Shown: positions 11,699 to 23,078 of the stretch, piece after piece
Layout of the letters: every line of letters begins with the position of its first letter
Numbering within the stretch: the first letter of the stretch is position 1
From: Candidatus Poribacteria bacterium
Lineage (GTDB): Bacteria > Poribacteria > WGA-4E > JAJDTR01
DNA: 64,000 nucleotides
NCBI GenBank assembly: GCA_965222225.1
Contig: CBDCTK010000002.1
Location: 1,632,001 to 1,696,000, forward strand
Reading direction: 5' to 3'
Made by a program: the position numbers and the translations under genes
Notes under the pieces: model-generated
The model's database searches: none
Told to the model about the DNA's origin: nothing
The model's input: only the letters and a program-made list of their open reading frames with translations

Positions 11699-12805
11699 TT
11701 AATCTTTGATTCTCAGACGTACCCAACGGGTGTGCGTGACTCCCGCAGAGGTGCACCAGAAATAGGTCATTAGGTCGCCATCGGGTAACAAGACACCGCC
11801 AGGTTTACCGAAACCGATAAGCAGATGTTCAGCCAGAAAGTTCTCGCTCTCAGGTGTGCCGAGTGAAGCTTCCGCCCCGGCGTCAAAGACTACCAGTTCG
11901 TTCTCTACGTCATACGTCTCCAGATCATCAGTCAATGCGATGCGGATGCCTTGGGGATCGTGTCGGAAATTATAAATGGCGGCCACCCGCCCGTCCGACA
12001 ACGCGATGGGACAGCACACCTGACCACGCAAATTCGTGGGGCGAGGATGCGACCATGTGCGCCCGGCATCTTTTGAAATTATCCAATGGTTGTTCGCATC
12101 TTCAGAGGTGCCGTATTTGTGCACCCAGAACATGCCGTAGATGCTGCTGTCCGGACGAATGGTGCACGTCAGATCCCACCACAAGAGTGCCCCGGAGGGA
12201 TCATCCGCGATGACGGTGAATTCTCCCCATGTCCGCCCGCCATCCGCGGAAAACACCGCCGCGGCTTTTTGATCAGGAGCACCTGTGTATCCTTCCGGTT
12301 TCCAGGTCTCCAGTGGGTACATCCACCGATCCGGTGCAAGTTGCTCGACCCCACTGGTGCCGTTGCAGGTATATTTCTCGGGCGGCAAATTCACGGGAAC
12401 TGCCTGCGGCGCCGACCAAGTATGTCCTTGGTCTTCCGACCAAAATAGGAGCATCTCCGGACGCTGAAGGATTTCCGACTCCGGGTCAAATAGTTGCTTG
12501 TTGTTTGCCTCGAACCGAGTTGCAGCCATCATCAGTCTGCCATCAGGGGCAACACTTATCTTCGGTGCTCGGTAACTCCAGTTGTCGCCGGGATGCCCAT
12601 CGCCATGGATGCTGCCTTCGTTAACCCACGTCCCGCCACCATCACTGGAACGAAGCACTTCAATGTAGTTGTCCTCTGACGCCAAGGCGGCGCCCACGTG
12701 TTGACAGGCAATGAGCGTTCCGTCCGGCAACGGAGTGATAACCGGCATATAGGCGCCGCGTCCCGGCTCGCGTGAAATAATGCCCTCGTCGACAATTTCT
12801 AGCAT
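11699..12805 (-). CDS. Sialidase-like BNR/Asp-box protein
   Basis: Asp boxes SSDGGGTW, SEDQGHTW, SADGGRTW, SKDAGRTW; AGGAGG RBS before 12805. Confidence 0.8.
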   Translation of the reverse strand: MLEIVDEGIISREPGRGAYMPVITPLPDGTLIACQHVGAALASEDNYIEVLRSSDGGGTWVNEGSIHGDGHPGDNWSYRAPKISVAPDGRLMMAATRFEANNKQLFDPESEILQRPEMLLFWSEDQGHTWSAPQAVPVNLPPEKYTCNGTSGVEQLAPDRWMYPLETWKPEGYTGAPDQKAAAVFSADGGRTWGEFTVIADDPSGALLWWDLTCTIRPDSSIYGMFWVHKYGTSEDANNHWIISKDAGRTWSHPRPTNLRGQVCCPIALSDGRVAAIYNFRHDPQGIRIALTDDLETYDVENELVVFDAGAEASLGTPESENFLAEHLLIGFGKPGGVLLPDGDLMTYFWCTSAGVTHTRWVRLRIKD

Positions 12806-12873
12806 CAATGTCCTCCTAAACAATTGACCTCAGGCACACAGTTGACTGCCTCATATGCGTCCCGTTGGATAGT

Positions 12874-14169
12874 CTATGTCTGCTCGCTTGGTGAGGGCCC
12901 ATTTCTTCTGTTAATTACTGCTCCGGTTAGCGGATGAATGCCATCATTTAGGAAAGGATCTCTCCTTGCTTCCATCCATCCTCCCAAGCGTTCCCTCATT
13001 GCCGTCAAGATTTCTTGGCGGGTGGCATCTTTAGCTAGGCTGTTGGTTTCGTTTGGATCGAACACCAAATCGAACAGCGATTCCTCCGGTACAGGTTGAT
13101 CCTTCCAGCCATAATCTAACCATAGGGATTTGCTCTCGCCATCGTCACAGTTGCGAAGAACCGGAGTGCAATGCTCGTCGAAACGCTTAATATACTTCCA
13201 TCGATCCGTGCGCACAGCTCTCACAGCCTCATAAGCGGCATGGTCGTTGAGCTCAAAGAATAGTTCGTCATGCAACCTTGTAACCTCTGTGCGAACCAGA
13301 GGCAGAAGCGATTTACCTCGCAGCCAAGGCGGGGGTTCAATTTGGAGAAGGTCGCAAACCGTGGGGAAAATGTCGAGATGGCTGGTCATGCAATCGATAA
13401 CCTTGCCTGCGGCGAAGCCGCCCGGGCCGCGCATAATGAGCATGGTGCCAATGCCGGAATCATGCAGATTACATTTCATACGAGGAAAGGCAATCCCGTG
13501 GTCGGTCGTACAAATGACCAAGGTGTTATCCGCCGAGCCGCTTCGCTCCAACGCATCAAGTACAACCCCCATTTTTCGATCCAATTCTCGGGCACTAGCC
13601 TTGTATCTCGCCATGTCTTCCCGTGTTTCGGGTGTATCCGGAAGGGGTGAAGGAGGGAGACAGTAGTTTGGGTTCTCGGCTGAGTCTTGGAGAGCGGGGA
13701 ATTTCCTGTGAGTTTCATGAAAACCAACAGAGAGAAAGAAAGGGGTTTTGGGGGGTCGCTCTAGGAATGAAGCCGCCCGCTGCTCGTATTGGTCGCCTTC
13801 CAGACATGTGTCATAACCGATAATCTGCCACGCTTCTTCTTCGGCTGTACGGCTGGCAATATGCTGGACACCCGCTAACACTGATACATAGCCCTCTCGA
13901 TGTAGTGTATGAATGATGTGCTGTCTGTAGTCATTGAGCGAATATCCACGATGCGCCAGTCCTGTCATCCCATTTTCATGAGGGTAACACCCGGTCAACA
14001 GTGCCGCCCGGCTTGGACTACATGTAGGACTGACACTGAAATTCTGGCGGAACAAAACTCCTTCTTCGGCTAACTTCTGGAGACATGGCGTGGCAACAGT
14101 ATGGCCATAGGGTTGAATATACCGCCCCGTATCATGTGAATGGAGGTAAAGGATGTTTGGTCTATCCAT
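12874..14169 (-). CDS. Cys-type sulfatase (N-sulfoglucosamine sulfohydrolase-like)
   Basis: PNILYLHSHD, CSPSRAALLTG, TTDHG, LFDLVFDPNE. Confidence 0.92.
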   Translation of the reverse strand: MDRPNILYLHSHDTGRYIQPYGHTVATPCLQKLAEEGVLFRQNFSVSPTCSPSRAALLTGCYPHENGMTGLAHRGYSLNDYRQHIIHTLHREGYVSVLAGVQHIASRTAEEEAWQIIGYDTCLEGDQYEQRAASFLERPPKTPFFLSVGFHETHRKFPALQDSAENPNYCLPPSPLPDTPETREDMARYKASARELDRKMGVVLDALERSGSADNTLVICTTDHGIAFPRMKCNLHDSGIGTMLIMRGPGGFAAGKVIDCMTSHLDIFPTVCDLLQIEPPPWLRGKSLLPLVRTEVTRLHDELFFELNDHAAYEAVRAVRTDRWKYIKRFDEHCTPVLRNCDDGESKSLWLDYGWKDQPVPEESLFDLVFDPNETNSLAKDATRQEILTAMRERLGGWMEARRDPFLNDGIHPLTGAVINRRNGPSPSEQT

Positions 14170-14318
14170 AAGCGCTTTTATCGTTGAAGCCCACAATCCC
14201 CTGGGTACGATGATATCAGCGTTGTCGCGGGCGTGATTCCATATCGTCCGCTGTTTTCACTCAACATCTTGGATATGAGTAGAATGCGGCAATTCTAATC
14301 TCGCAAATGGTTTGATTC

Positions 14319-14633
14319 TTAATCAATGTGGAAAACTTCGTTCAACTCCTTAGAACAGGGGCTATTGTCCGGGTTGGATGGCATAATATCGCACATGTAC
14401 GCCCACCATTTTTTACAAACCTCGGTCTCTGCGATACTTTGCCAGCGAGATTCGTCCTCAATCTCGACATACGCAAATAGTTGGTTAGTTTCCGAATGAA
14501 GGAAGATTGAATAGTTGTGCACACCGTGCGCTTTCAGCACAACTTGAAGCTCTTCCCAGATTGGATTGTGCCTTCGGCAATATTCCTCATGCTTGTCAGG
14601 GTCTACCTGCATGACCAGCGCTTTTCTAATCAT
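14319..14633 (-). CDS. rhaM: L-rhamnose mutarotase
   Basis: [39 protein letters not shown]. Confidence 0.92.
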   Translation of the reverse strand: MIRKALVMQVDPDKHEEYCRRHNPIWEELQVVLKAHGVHNYSIFLHSETNQLFAYVEIEDESRWQSIAETEVCKKWWAYMCDIMPSNPDNSPCSKELNEVFHID

Positions 14634-14861
14634 AAACCCTCCTTTAGAGAGCCGTCAAGCCAAAAAAGTAGAGACTGAAAGTGCGAAAATGTCTCAACAA
14701 CTTCTGAACCGGGTTCACAACAGGATACGACTGAAGTACTACCCCTCGTGCGCTGAGGCAGTATACGCAAACTAGACTGGGACTACATCCTGTTTCACAA
14801 CACGATGAATATAACGAAATCAGAATCCATTAGGTCGATACGTACTGATAGGCATAAGGCG

Positions 14862-15632
14862 TTAAGGAGCTACATCGCGAACGCATCGAAAACCTGCGTC
14901 GTCAAACGCGAAATCGGGAGAGAACCAGTTACGATTCGCACAGCGCAGGTAAGAATGATCCGTAGTACACCATGAACCCCCACGCAACACGCGCTCACCT
15001 CCAGAATCATGTCCTTTAGAATTTTGCCGAGGGCTTCGACTGTAGTCACTGCCATACCAATCTGCGCACCATTCCCAGACATTGGCTGCCATATTCATGA
15101 CGCCGTAAGGGCTGGGTCCGTCGGGAAAACTGGCCGCGGGAGCGGTATGTTGGTACCCATCGCTGCCGATATTAGAATTGCATTTTAAGCTATCCCACTT
15201 GTTCCCCCAAGGATATTCCCTGCCATCGGTGCCGCGCGCAGCCTTTTCCCATTCAGCTTCGGTGGGAATACGCTTCCCAGCCCATTTGGCGTAAGCATTA
15301 GCATCATACCAGGTAACGCCAACTACCGGCTGCTTCGGATGGTTATATTCTCCATCGTCCCAATACATCGGCGCTTTGTGTCCGGTTGCATCCATGAACT
15401 GCTGGTACTGCGCGTTGGATACTTCACACCTGTCGATATAGAAAGCGTCCAGAAACACCGTAATTTGTGGGTTCTCATCGTTGTACCCTTCGCCTTCCGT
15501 ACTACCCATAATGAACTCGCCGGCAGGTATAAGAATCATCTGTGCATCCTCCTGCCCGATGAAAGTAGGCGTACCGACCTTAGCACCTTCCGATTCGTCC
15601 AAACCGCTCGGCACAACTTGCCCGCGTCTCAT
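14862..15632 (-). CDS. Formylglycine-generating enzyme (SUMF1/EgtB/PvdO) family protein
   Basis: IPAGEFIMGS, RIPTEAEWEKAARG, NVWEWC, RVLRGGSW, GFRC. Confidence 0.9.
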   Translation of the reverse strand: MRRGQVVPSGLDESEGAKVGTPTFIGQEDAQMILIPAGEFIMGSTEGEGYNDENPQITVFLDAFYIDRCEVSNAQYQQFMDATGHKAPMYWDDGEYNHPKQPVVGVTWYDANAYAKWAGKRIPTEAEWEKAARGTDGREYPWGNKWDSLKCNSNIGSDGYQHTAPAASFPDGPSPYGVMNMAANVWEWCADWYGSDYSRSPRQNSKGHDSGGERVLRGGSWCTTDHSYLRCANRNWFSPDFAFDDAGFRCVRDVAP

Positions 15633-15820
15633 CTTGTATGCTCCTTTGTCCTATTCCCGTTCGTTGGAAGGAGTGCTAAACTGTACAATAGATCCCGCAA
15701 GTCCGACTCGCTCCGAATTTCCAAATCCACAGCGCTCCATTGAACGATAGCTTGGATCTGGCAATCATCTTGCTGGAAAGACTGAGCATAAGTATATGGT
15801 ACACCAGATGTTGTTCCCAA

Positions 15821-17793
15821 TTAAATCCAAAAGATCGAGTTTCCCTTTTGTCCTGTCAATAGATCAATCAAGATCCAGAAACCGTTACACGTGAACTGCC
15901 CCAGGATCAAACCGAGAAACAAGGGACGTGCTCTTCGATAACCACCAAGACCTGCATATTTGAGGATACACGCCTTGATTAACCACGCGAGAAAAACGGT
16001 AAACCAGAGTCGATCCATCAGCCAAATTGGACCAATGACAAATCCGATCGGGTGGAGGGGCCACCAGAGAAACTGCGAGCGCAAGAACATCAGCAACCCC
16101 ATAATCGTCCCACCGATTCCCTGAATCCACCAGCCGAGCCAATTTACGTCCGGTGGCGACATGAGTAGTGTAACAATGTAGTTATATGGCGCCTTCGCGC
16201 CGCCGCCGAAAAACCATCCATTACCGTTAAGCCCACCATGCTTATACGACAACCAAAGCAACACACAGATTGACGAAATCATGCTAACAATTATGGATAG
16301 CATTATCGCCCAGAACAACGGGCGTTTGTTTCGGTCTGAATCGTCAACTACTTTCAATCCGTTTGCAGCAGATGCCATCACGAATATCCGCACATCGGCT
16401 GACCACACGTAAGTAAGCGCCATGCCGGCAACACCGGTGGCTCCCAATCGATTCGCCCCAAAACCCGAGATGACAAAGGAAGATCCTATTGTTGAAGCAA
16501 CTGCGACCGCCATTCCGCTTTCGACGACAATCCGCGTCAACCCAATGAAAATTACAAATACAGCAAACAGGAAAACCGCGACCATCAGAGCGGGGATGCC
16601 GCTGGCGTTTAACCAGATCCCCATAAAAACCAGTCCAAGAAGCATACCCCAGACAGATGCGCGGTAGGAAAGTATTTCGTCGGAATCATTGATGGTTTGC
16701 TTATTAAACAGCGCTTTACGCACAACCGCTTTTAGGTGGGCTTTTGCCGACCAAACCCCGCTACAACGAGCACAATCATGGCGCCCATCCCCAGGTGTTT
16801 GAAAAGCGGGGAAGGTGAACCGTAGATGCCCAAATTTTCAGTTACTCGATACCCGAAATACGCCATGCCGCCGCGTACCATCAAGCTGAGCAGATTAAAG
16901 AACCACATGCTGAAGGCGACATCCGGGTTCACCAGATAGCAAAAACCGAGCATGGGAAAACTGAATCGGAAGAACAGCGTCTCGGTGTTCTTGAAGATTG
17001 GGATGCTTTGTTCTAACTCTAAATGCGGGATGGCGGGATTGTAGAAGTGAAATCCTTTCAGGCTGGCTATAAGAAAAGCGATGCCGAAACCCAACCACAT
17101 GATTCGGTTTTTGAACAGGGGACTAAACACTGACTGTCCCCTTGGCGCTGCCATCTCCATCGGCAGTTGCGCAAGTGGATAGACAAGCCTCTCATGTTCC
17201 ATCCACTGTCGGCGCAGGATGACCATCATAGAGATCATCACCAAGTAAAGTGCCATGGCGAAACTTCCCCATACCAGCAGTGGCTTAATCCAGATCACCC
17301 AAGGAATTCCGTCTTCCCAACTCGGGAGCCCTTCGTAGAAGTATTTGATGCCTAGATTACTTTGTGGTGTCAGCCACGGTTTGATGTGTGGCTGGATCAA
17401 TTCCGCCCAGTTGTTTTCAGGCGTGGCAAAGTAGAATGGTGCGGTTATGATTGGCAGCAATTGTGCGCTGTAGCCCATCGTCGGAATGGCGCAGGCGACA
17501 ACCAGCATCATATAAACCCCTCTTAATTCCGTAACTGAGAGTGCGAAGCGGGAGTTCACGCGCCCAACGACAGCATTGATGATAAAAGTCAGGACAAAGA
17601 AAACAAAGATTGCCGCCGCAGTGCTGAAATCAATCGCCATGTAGGAGCCGTGAATCACCATAATGTTATAGGTAGTTCCGACACCGACAACCAATGAACC
17701 GACTACACCAACAGTGACGGCGCGGAATGTGCACGGGTTAGGGTCATGAGATAATTCAGAAGAGGGAACAGCAGGTTGGGGCGGCTTGTTCAT
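15821..17793 (-). pseudogene. Polytopic membrane protein (DUF6785/DUF6784-like) split by a frameshift near 16755
   Basis: RRQWMEHERLVYPL in the 5' half; WWPLHPIG and ARPLFLGLILG in the 3' half; a one-base change at GGGG-TTT joins the frames (GVWSAKAHLKAVVRKA). Confidence 0.7.
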
Positions 17794-18182
17794 GGCGATA
17801 CTGAGCGTAGCACAAATCGTAACTCCTGTCAAGATGCCAAAATCCTATACAATCCTTCTGTTTCTGTGAAATCTGTCAGAACCCCACGCCAACCAAATGC
17901 ATGGGATCGACCCATGAGAAAACCAAAGAATCGGGTAGGTGTTCGGCTCTTTAGAAGGTGTTGCACAAACATGTCCCAATCTCCTCTCAAGCCAAGCTCA
18001 AGATTCGAAGGCGATTCCCCTGTATAACCGATAGAATTTGCTTGTGCTTCTATAGCGAATGGGTTATCATCTCCCTAAGATGTAAAGTTGATTATCCGGA
18101 ATGAATCGCTGCAATTTCTGAGTAACTGTTTCTCCCAATTTTGGCACAAAAAACTTACATTCCCCATTAAGGAACCAAGGCT

Positions 18183-18968
18183 ATGTCTGAGTCTCAGAAA
18201 CTTACCGTCTTGGGTATTGGCGCCCATCCATTCAGATGCTTTTCCTAGGATAGGCGGAACTTTAGCAAAACATGCCAAGAGAGGCGATAACGTAATACTG
18301 TTATCGGTAACCTACGGCATCCATGTTCATACGGAGCAACTTCGTGACAAAAGTGTCGAGGAAATGAAGGATATTGTGCGCGAGAAGAGCACCGAGGCTG
18401 CGAAAATCCTTGGAGTTAAGGATTACCGGTTTTGGATTTCGACGACTCTCCCCTTGTTGCGACCAAGGAAACACTCATAGAGGTGGGTAAAGTTATTCAA
18501 GACTCCCGACCGGATATTGTCATCAGCGTACATTACCCGTTTAAAGAAGCTCAGCGGCGTCATGATCATGGTGAAACAGCCAGGATGATAGATCGCGCGC
18601 CGGTTTGGCGTCATCCCGATGTAGAAGCTCCTCACCGAGCAAAGACGATATACTACTCTACAATGGATTTCATTGGCAGCTTGAATTATCCGAAGCCCAC
18701 GCCGCCCGACATATACGTGGACATCACCGACACCAAGGAGCAGAAGATTGAGGACTGCATTGCATCGTGGGGAAGTGTAGCAGAGGGGTTTGACCCTGAA
18801 GAATATGCCGAGGATTCACGGATAGAGCACAGATTTATCGGACGTATTGTCGGTGTCGAATATGCAAATCGTTTTGATTCTCTGCGCGGCAAGAGAGTGA
18901 TTGAATACCTCACCCCCCGAAAACGGCGGACACGTTTTGGCAGTAGTGGCGGATTTTCTTCAGTTTGA
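18183..18968 (+). pseudogene. PIG-L/LmbE-family deacetylase with two frameshifts (~18229, ~18432)
   Basis: MSESQKLTVLGIGAHP / SDAF..GGTLAKHAKRGD / LDFDD...RPDIVISVH...HDH...YVDITDT lie in three consecutive frames. Confidence 0.75.
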
Positions 18969-19033
18969 GACTCACGATTGAAGAACCCCGTCTAATCTCA
19001 CATAATGCCTACTCGGAAAGGGACAAAAAAGCT

Positions 19034-19921
19034 ATGAATGTTAGAATTGGTAGTGCACCAGATAGCTGGGGTGTCTGGTTTCCAGACGATCCAAAACAGA
19101 CGCCATGGCACCGATTTCTGGATGAGATCGCCGAAGCTGGCTATCAATGGACTGAACTGGGCCCCTACGGTTATCTCCCTACCAATCTGTCTACGCTCCA
19201 ATCGGAACTGGACAAGCGTGACTTGAAAGTGTCCGGAACAGTTGCCATGGATCATCTTGAGGATCCGGCGTCATGGACATCATTGGAAGAACAGGTACTG
19301 GGTGCGGGCGAATCCTTGGCATTCCTTGGCGCTGAATACCTTGTGCTCATTGACGATGTCTATACCAACCTCTTCACAGGAGAACCGCAGAGGCCAAATC
19401 GTCTTAATGAAAGCGAGTGGAAACAATTAATTGATACTACGCACAAAGTAGCCGATATCGCGCGCGATCAATTTAGGCTCCAGTTGGTCTTCCATCATCA
19501 TGCTGATTCACATGTTGATTATAGTGATCAGATTGAGGCGTTCTTGGAACAAACTGATTCCAGCCGTGTGTCGCTGTGTTATGACACCGGTCATCATGCC
19601 TATCGCGGTGGCGATCCGGTGGACTTTATGCGCCGACATCACGAGCGGATTCCCTATTTGCATCTCAAGAGTATTGACGAGAAAATACGGCAAAAGGTCG
19701 AAACCGAAAATATTCCATTCGCTACCGCTGTTAGTATGGATATGTTCGTTGAGCCATCCGAAGGTGCGGTCGATTTTCTCGCATTCCGGGATGTGCTGCA
19801 TGACATCAATTACAATGGCTTTGCAATTGTTGAACAAGACATGTATCCGGCGCCGTTTGACAAACCATTACCCATTGCGAAGCGCACGCGCGCCTATCTA
19901 CGCGAGATTGGTATCGGCTAA
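19034..19921 (+). CDS. IolE-like sugar phosphate isomerase/epimerase
   Basis: GSAPDSWGVWFPDDP, ELGPYGYLP, FHHHADSH, DTGH, YLHLK, IVEQDMYP. Confidence 0.85.
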   Translation: MNVRIGSAPDSWGVWFPDDPKQTPWHRFLDEIAEAGYQWTELGPYGYLPTNLSTLQSELDKRDLKVSGTVAMDHLEDPASWTSLEEQVLGAGESLAFLGAEYLVLIDDVYTNLFTGEPQRPNRLNESEWKQLIDTTHKVADIARDQFRLQLVFHHHADSHVDYSDQIEAFLEQTDSSRVSLCYDTGHHAYRGGDPVDFMRRHHERIPYLHLKSIDEKIRQKVETENIPFATAVSMDMFVEPSEGAVDFLAFRDVLHDINYNGFAIVEQDMYPAPFDKPLPIAKRTRAYLREIGIG

Positions 19922-20128
19922 TTTCCCTACAACGAGCAATCACAATCCAACCTTGGTTGTTCGCCAATCACGGTTAGTCAAGTGCCAAGGAAAATGCGAT
20001 TTTTCAATTGATGCAACATCTGAATTCTCCTTTCTACCTCATCAATTTAGTGTAGTAATCCGAAGTAAATCATGTCAATGTAATTCAGGACTGGTCAACC
20101 GGATTCCACCAAGGCGCGGCACTACTCG

Positions 20129-20515
20129 ATGTTGAAGTACCCGAATGGTGAGGTACTTGCCTGGGGGCTGACATTGCTGCGGCTAAAGTCCACGGGTGTT
20201 TACCATACGGAGCCGCTTCCGGTAATGACTAGATCAATCGAAGAATCTACGCTTGTGGAATCAATCATCGGAGTAATGTGGTTGATCGGCGAGTTCAGAG
20301 GCGAAGACGGCAGTTCTTACATGATGGTGGTGAATAGGAATTTCATCGAACTCGCGGTGTTGCAGTTGAAGTTTCGCAACACTCCTGAGGAACTTCTCGA
20401 GGTTTCTAAGCAGACTGGAAACCAGCAGTCTACTACGGGATATTCCCGGATGACAGGCAAACTTACACGAGAGTTTGCTGCTGGACACGGTTTACTGTTT
20501 TGCATTAAGGAGTGA
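20129..20515 (+). CDS. Hypothetical protein, probably a C-terminal gene fragment
   Basis: LIGEFRGEDGSSYMMVVNR...GHGLLF resembles a beta-sandwich terminus; no convincing RBS. Confidence 0.4.
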   Translation: MLKYPNGEVLAWGLTLLRLKSTGVYHTEPLPVMTRSIEESTLVESIIGVMWLIGEFRGEDGSSYMMVVNRNFIELAVLQLKFRNTPEELLEVSKQTGNQQSTTGYSRMTGKLTREFAAGHGLLFCIKE

Positions 20516-20610
20516 CTCGGTGCAGACAGGGCCTCGTGCCACAGGTCTGAACGAGGAGGCGCAACTCTTGTCAAGGCCCCCATTCATTGATAATACGCCG
20601 GGAATCCTAT

Positions 20611-21672
20611 CTATACTTCACCATCCCAATAACTCAGATCGTCTGACTTTCGGAAAATGCGTCCTGCCACATAGGGGAATATCTTGTCAGAATCCGGATA
20701 TTCGCTGACATCGTGCGTCAACTGAATTCCCACTGCAAGTAGCGTGCACGATACCTGGCCCTCGTTCACGAACTTGTGCGCTCCCGCCTGTCCGGGAGGA
20801 AATGCAATGAAATCTTCCTGTGTGACCGCGAGATTGCCGCGCGGGGTTTTCAACGTACATTTGCCCTCCATGACGTAAAACATCTCTTCGCCAAAATTGT
20901 GCAAGTGCATCGGATAACTCGCGTTGCCAGGCTCTAACCGTATGAGTCGATAGCCTAGATTCCGCGCCCCGATAAGGGGATCGATATCCTTATCCATGAA
21001 GTCGTACGGAGGAGGCACCTCTCTTTTTTTCCACTCAATCTCGTTGACATTCATTCGGTTGATATAGATATCTTTACGCCGCTCTAGACATTCTACCAAC
21101 TGTCGCCTTCCATCCTGAAGAACGGAATGCCCGTCACCAACAAGAATCGTGTCAAACGAGAGAGCAAGGAGCTTGCGGATTTCTAATGCCGCTTTTGCCG
21201 GATTTGCCAATTTGTCGTCCGCCAGCAACGAGAGATTTCCCATTGGTGCACCGACAATCAAATCCCCAGCCAACACGATTCCCTGTTCGGAGAAATAAAG
21301 TGCGATTTCTCCGTCACTCTTTCCGTACCTCAGATGAATCGCAGTTAAACCGGGCACAATCTCCTCCTGATCGGCCAGTGACCGATTAACCTTCGTAGAG
21401 AGCGCACCCTGGTCAGCTTCGTGAACGGCAATCTGCGCACCCGTAAGCTTGCGAAATTCCTCAGCTTGCCGTTCATGGTCGCAATTTGTAATGACAATCA
21501 ACTTTGCACCGCCAAGGGCAGTCAATTGGTTTAGATCCGAATCGATCATTGGAACGGGATCGATGAGGATATTGCCCTCCGGACGAACCCATAGATGTCC
21601 ATTAAAGTCAACTTGCCGCATTTCGCTAAATATTGACCAACTATAGATGTCGGAATACATTAGTTGCTTCAT
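20611..21672 (-). CDS. Metallo-beta-lactamase fold + cupin fusion protein
   Basis: N half ILIDP, ITNCDHER, AGD, VGDG; C half HLHNFGEEMFYV, FIAFPPG..AH, EYPDS. Confidence 0.8.
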   Translation of the reverse strand: MKQLMYSDIYSWSIFSEMRQVDFNGHLWVRPEGNILIDPVPMIDSDLNQLTALGGAKLIVITNCDHERQAEEFRKLTGAQIAVHEADQGALSTKVNRSLADQEEIVPGLTAIHLRYGKSDGEIALYFSEQGIVLAGDLIVGAPMGNLSLLADDKLANPAKAALEIRKLLALSFDTILVGDGHSVLQDGRRQLVECLERRKDIYINRMNVNEIEWKKREVPPPYDFMDKDIDPLIGARNLGYRLIRLEPGNASYPMHLHNFGEEMFYVMEGKCTLKTPRGNLAVTQEDFIAFPPGQAGAHKFVNEGQVSCTLLAVGIQLTHDVSEYPDSDKIFPYVAGRIFRKSDDLSYWDGEV

Positions 21673-21788
21673 GAGAAACTCCCCTGTCAATTGACACTTT
21701 TAAGATGAAAAATTCAGCCGCTTCTGATACAATTCCCATTACGTTATTCTACCATCGCCCCGGTAACCTTCAGCGGACGGAGACAGCT

Positions 21789-22034
21789 ATGGATGAGTTA
21801 TTTTATCTAATAAATTCCGAGAAAGAGGAAGAAATCGGTTTAATCACGGACGGTCAGGTTCAATTCTTAATTGATAACTTGGCAGAGGAAGGAGTCGAAG
21901 ACCAGGAGTTCTACATTGATGAAGGCACATTGGAGTTTCTTGCCGAGAATGGCTGCGACGAAGAGTTGCTTTCGCTATTCGCCGAAGCATTGGAGGGCAG
22001 ACCGGATCTTGCTGTTTATTACGAAGTGCATTAA
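21789..22034 (+). CDS. Small acidic hypothetical protein
   Basis: IGLITDGQVQFLIDNLAEE...FYIDEGTLEFL. Confidence 0.7.
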   Translation: MDELFYLINSEKEEEIGLITDGQVQFLIDNLAEEGVEDQEFYIDEGTLEFLAENGCDEELLSLFAEALEGRPDLAVYYEVH

Positions 22035-22098
22035 AGCAAAGTGACAAGAGATGGCACCAACAGTCAAGCGTCTGACGGCAAAACCTCCCCCGTTCTAG

Positions 22099-22494
22099 TC
22101 ACCGAGGGAGTCGCCGCACCCATAGCGCCAACGCCAAATTCATCCCGCCGACGAACCCGAAAACATACGATTGAAACCCCGCCAAGATGCCGTAGGTTTG
22201 CCGAATCATTAATCCAAAGAGTATCGGCATACCGAGTGCGAGCATCACAAAAATGGTTGTACCTTTCGCCCCCCTCGCATCCCAAAATGTAATCTCTCGT
22301 GCCAAGACTCGCATGTAATCTCGTTCCCACATTCGTGTCGTCCATTTTCCCTGTATGAAACCGAGAACCACCCCCGCGGCGAAGCCGACGCCACACCAAC
22401 TCGTGTCGACGCGACTTAGATTGACGGCGGCAGTCCATGCAATCTGACCTACCACCGAAACCACGATGAAGGAGACCAAAATCGGAAGTTGCAT
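22099..22494 (-). CDS. Hypothetical membrane protein (~4 TM)
   Basis: Four hydrophobic segments; start uncertain. Confidence 0.6.
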   Translation of the reverse strand: MQLPILVSFIVVSVVGQIAWTAAVNLSRVDTSWCGVGFAAGVVLGFIQGKWTTRMWERDYMRVLAREITFWDARGAKGTTIFVMLALGMPILFGLMIRQTYGILAGFQSYVFGFVGGMNLALALWVRRLPR

Positions 22495-22692
22495 GTAAAA
22501 GGGTAGGTGGCGGCGGTGAAGTTTTTCTGGTTGATTTGCCGCTTTTTTCCTTAACGAGAGTTCCACTTTCCGTCCTTTCACAAGACAGAGGGAAATGATG
22601 CGTAATGCGTGAAATGTGAAAAATGTGTAGTGGTCAAGTAGAATACAGCAGACCACTCGAAACTCTTGGCTTTTGCGCTCCGGAGGATTAAA

Positions 22693-22850
22693 GGAGCGAA
22701 CGGATCAAGCGAGATCAAATGAGCGAATAGCGATCAACTGAGTGGATAGCGAAAGAGCAACTGACCGATAGGGAAGGCGGTAGAGATCCCATAGCAAATC
22801 CCATAGTGAGGGCGATAGTAAATCCCGTCCGATAGAGATCCCGACATGAA
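22693..22850 (+). repeat. Degenerate intergenic GATCAA/GCGATAGAGATCCCA repeat
   Basis: Shares blocks such as gatcaactgagtggatagcgaa and atagcaaatcccatagtga with 29966-30100; related copies at 27100-27225, 31071-31150, 38625-38662. Confidence 0.75.
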
Positions 22851-23078
22851 TCGGGAGAAGCAAGTTGGTAATGGTCAATAGATAACGCAAACCCGCCTTG
22901 AAACCGATTCTTTATTGATAGGCGCTGTCGGTCCGCAGTACCGGCACAATGTGTCAACCATCTCCTTGACTAATACAGAAGTGCGAAAAGAGGCTAGCTT
23001 CGGAAAGGAAATAGCGTGTGCTATTTCAAGCCGGAACACGTAGTCGTTTGAGATTTGCAAGTCTATCAACCCTCAGTC

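Noticed and set aside
18141-18160. tggcacaaaaaacttac as a sigma-54 promoter
   Set aside because: No GC at the required GG-N10-GC spacing
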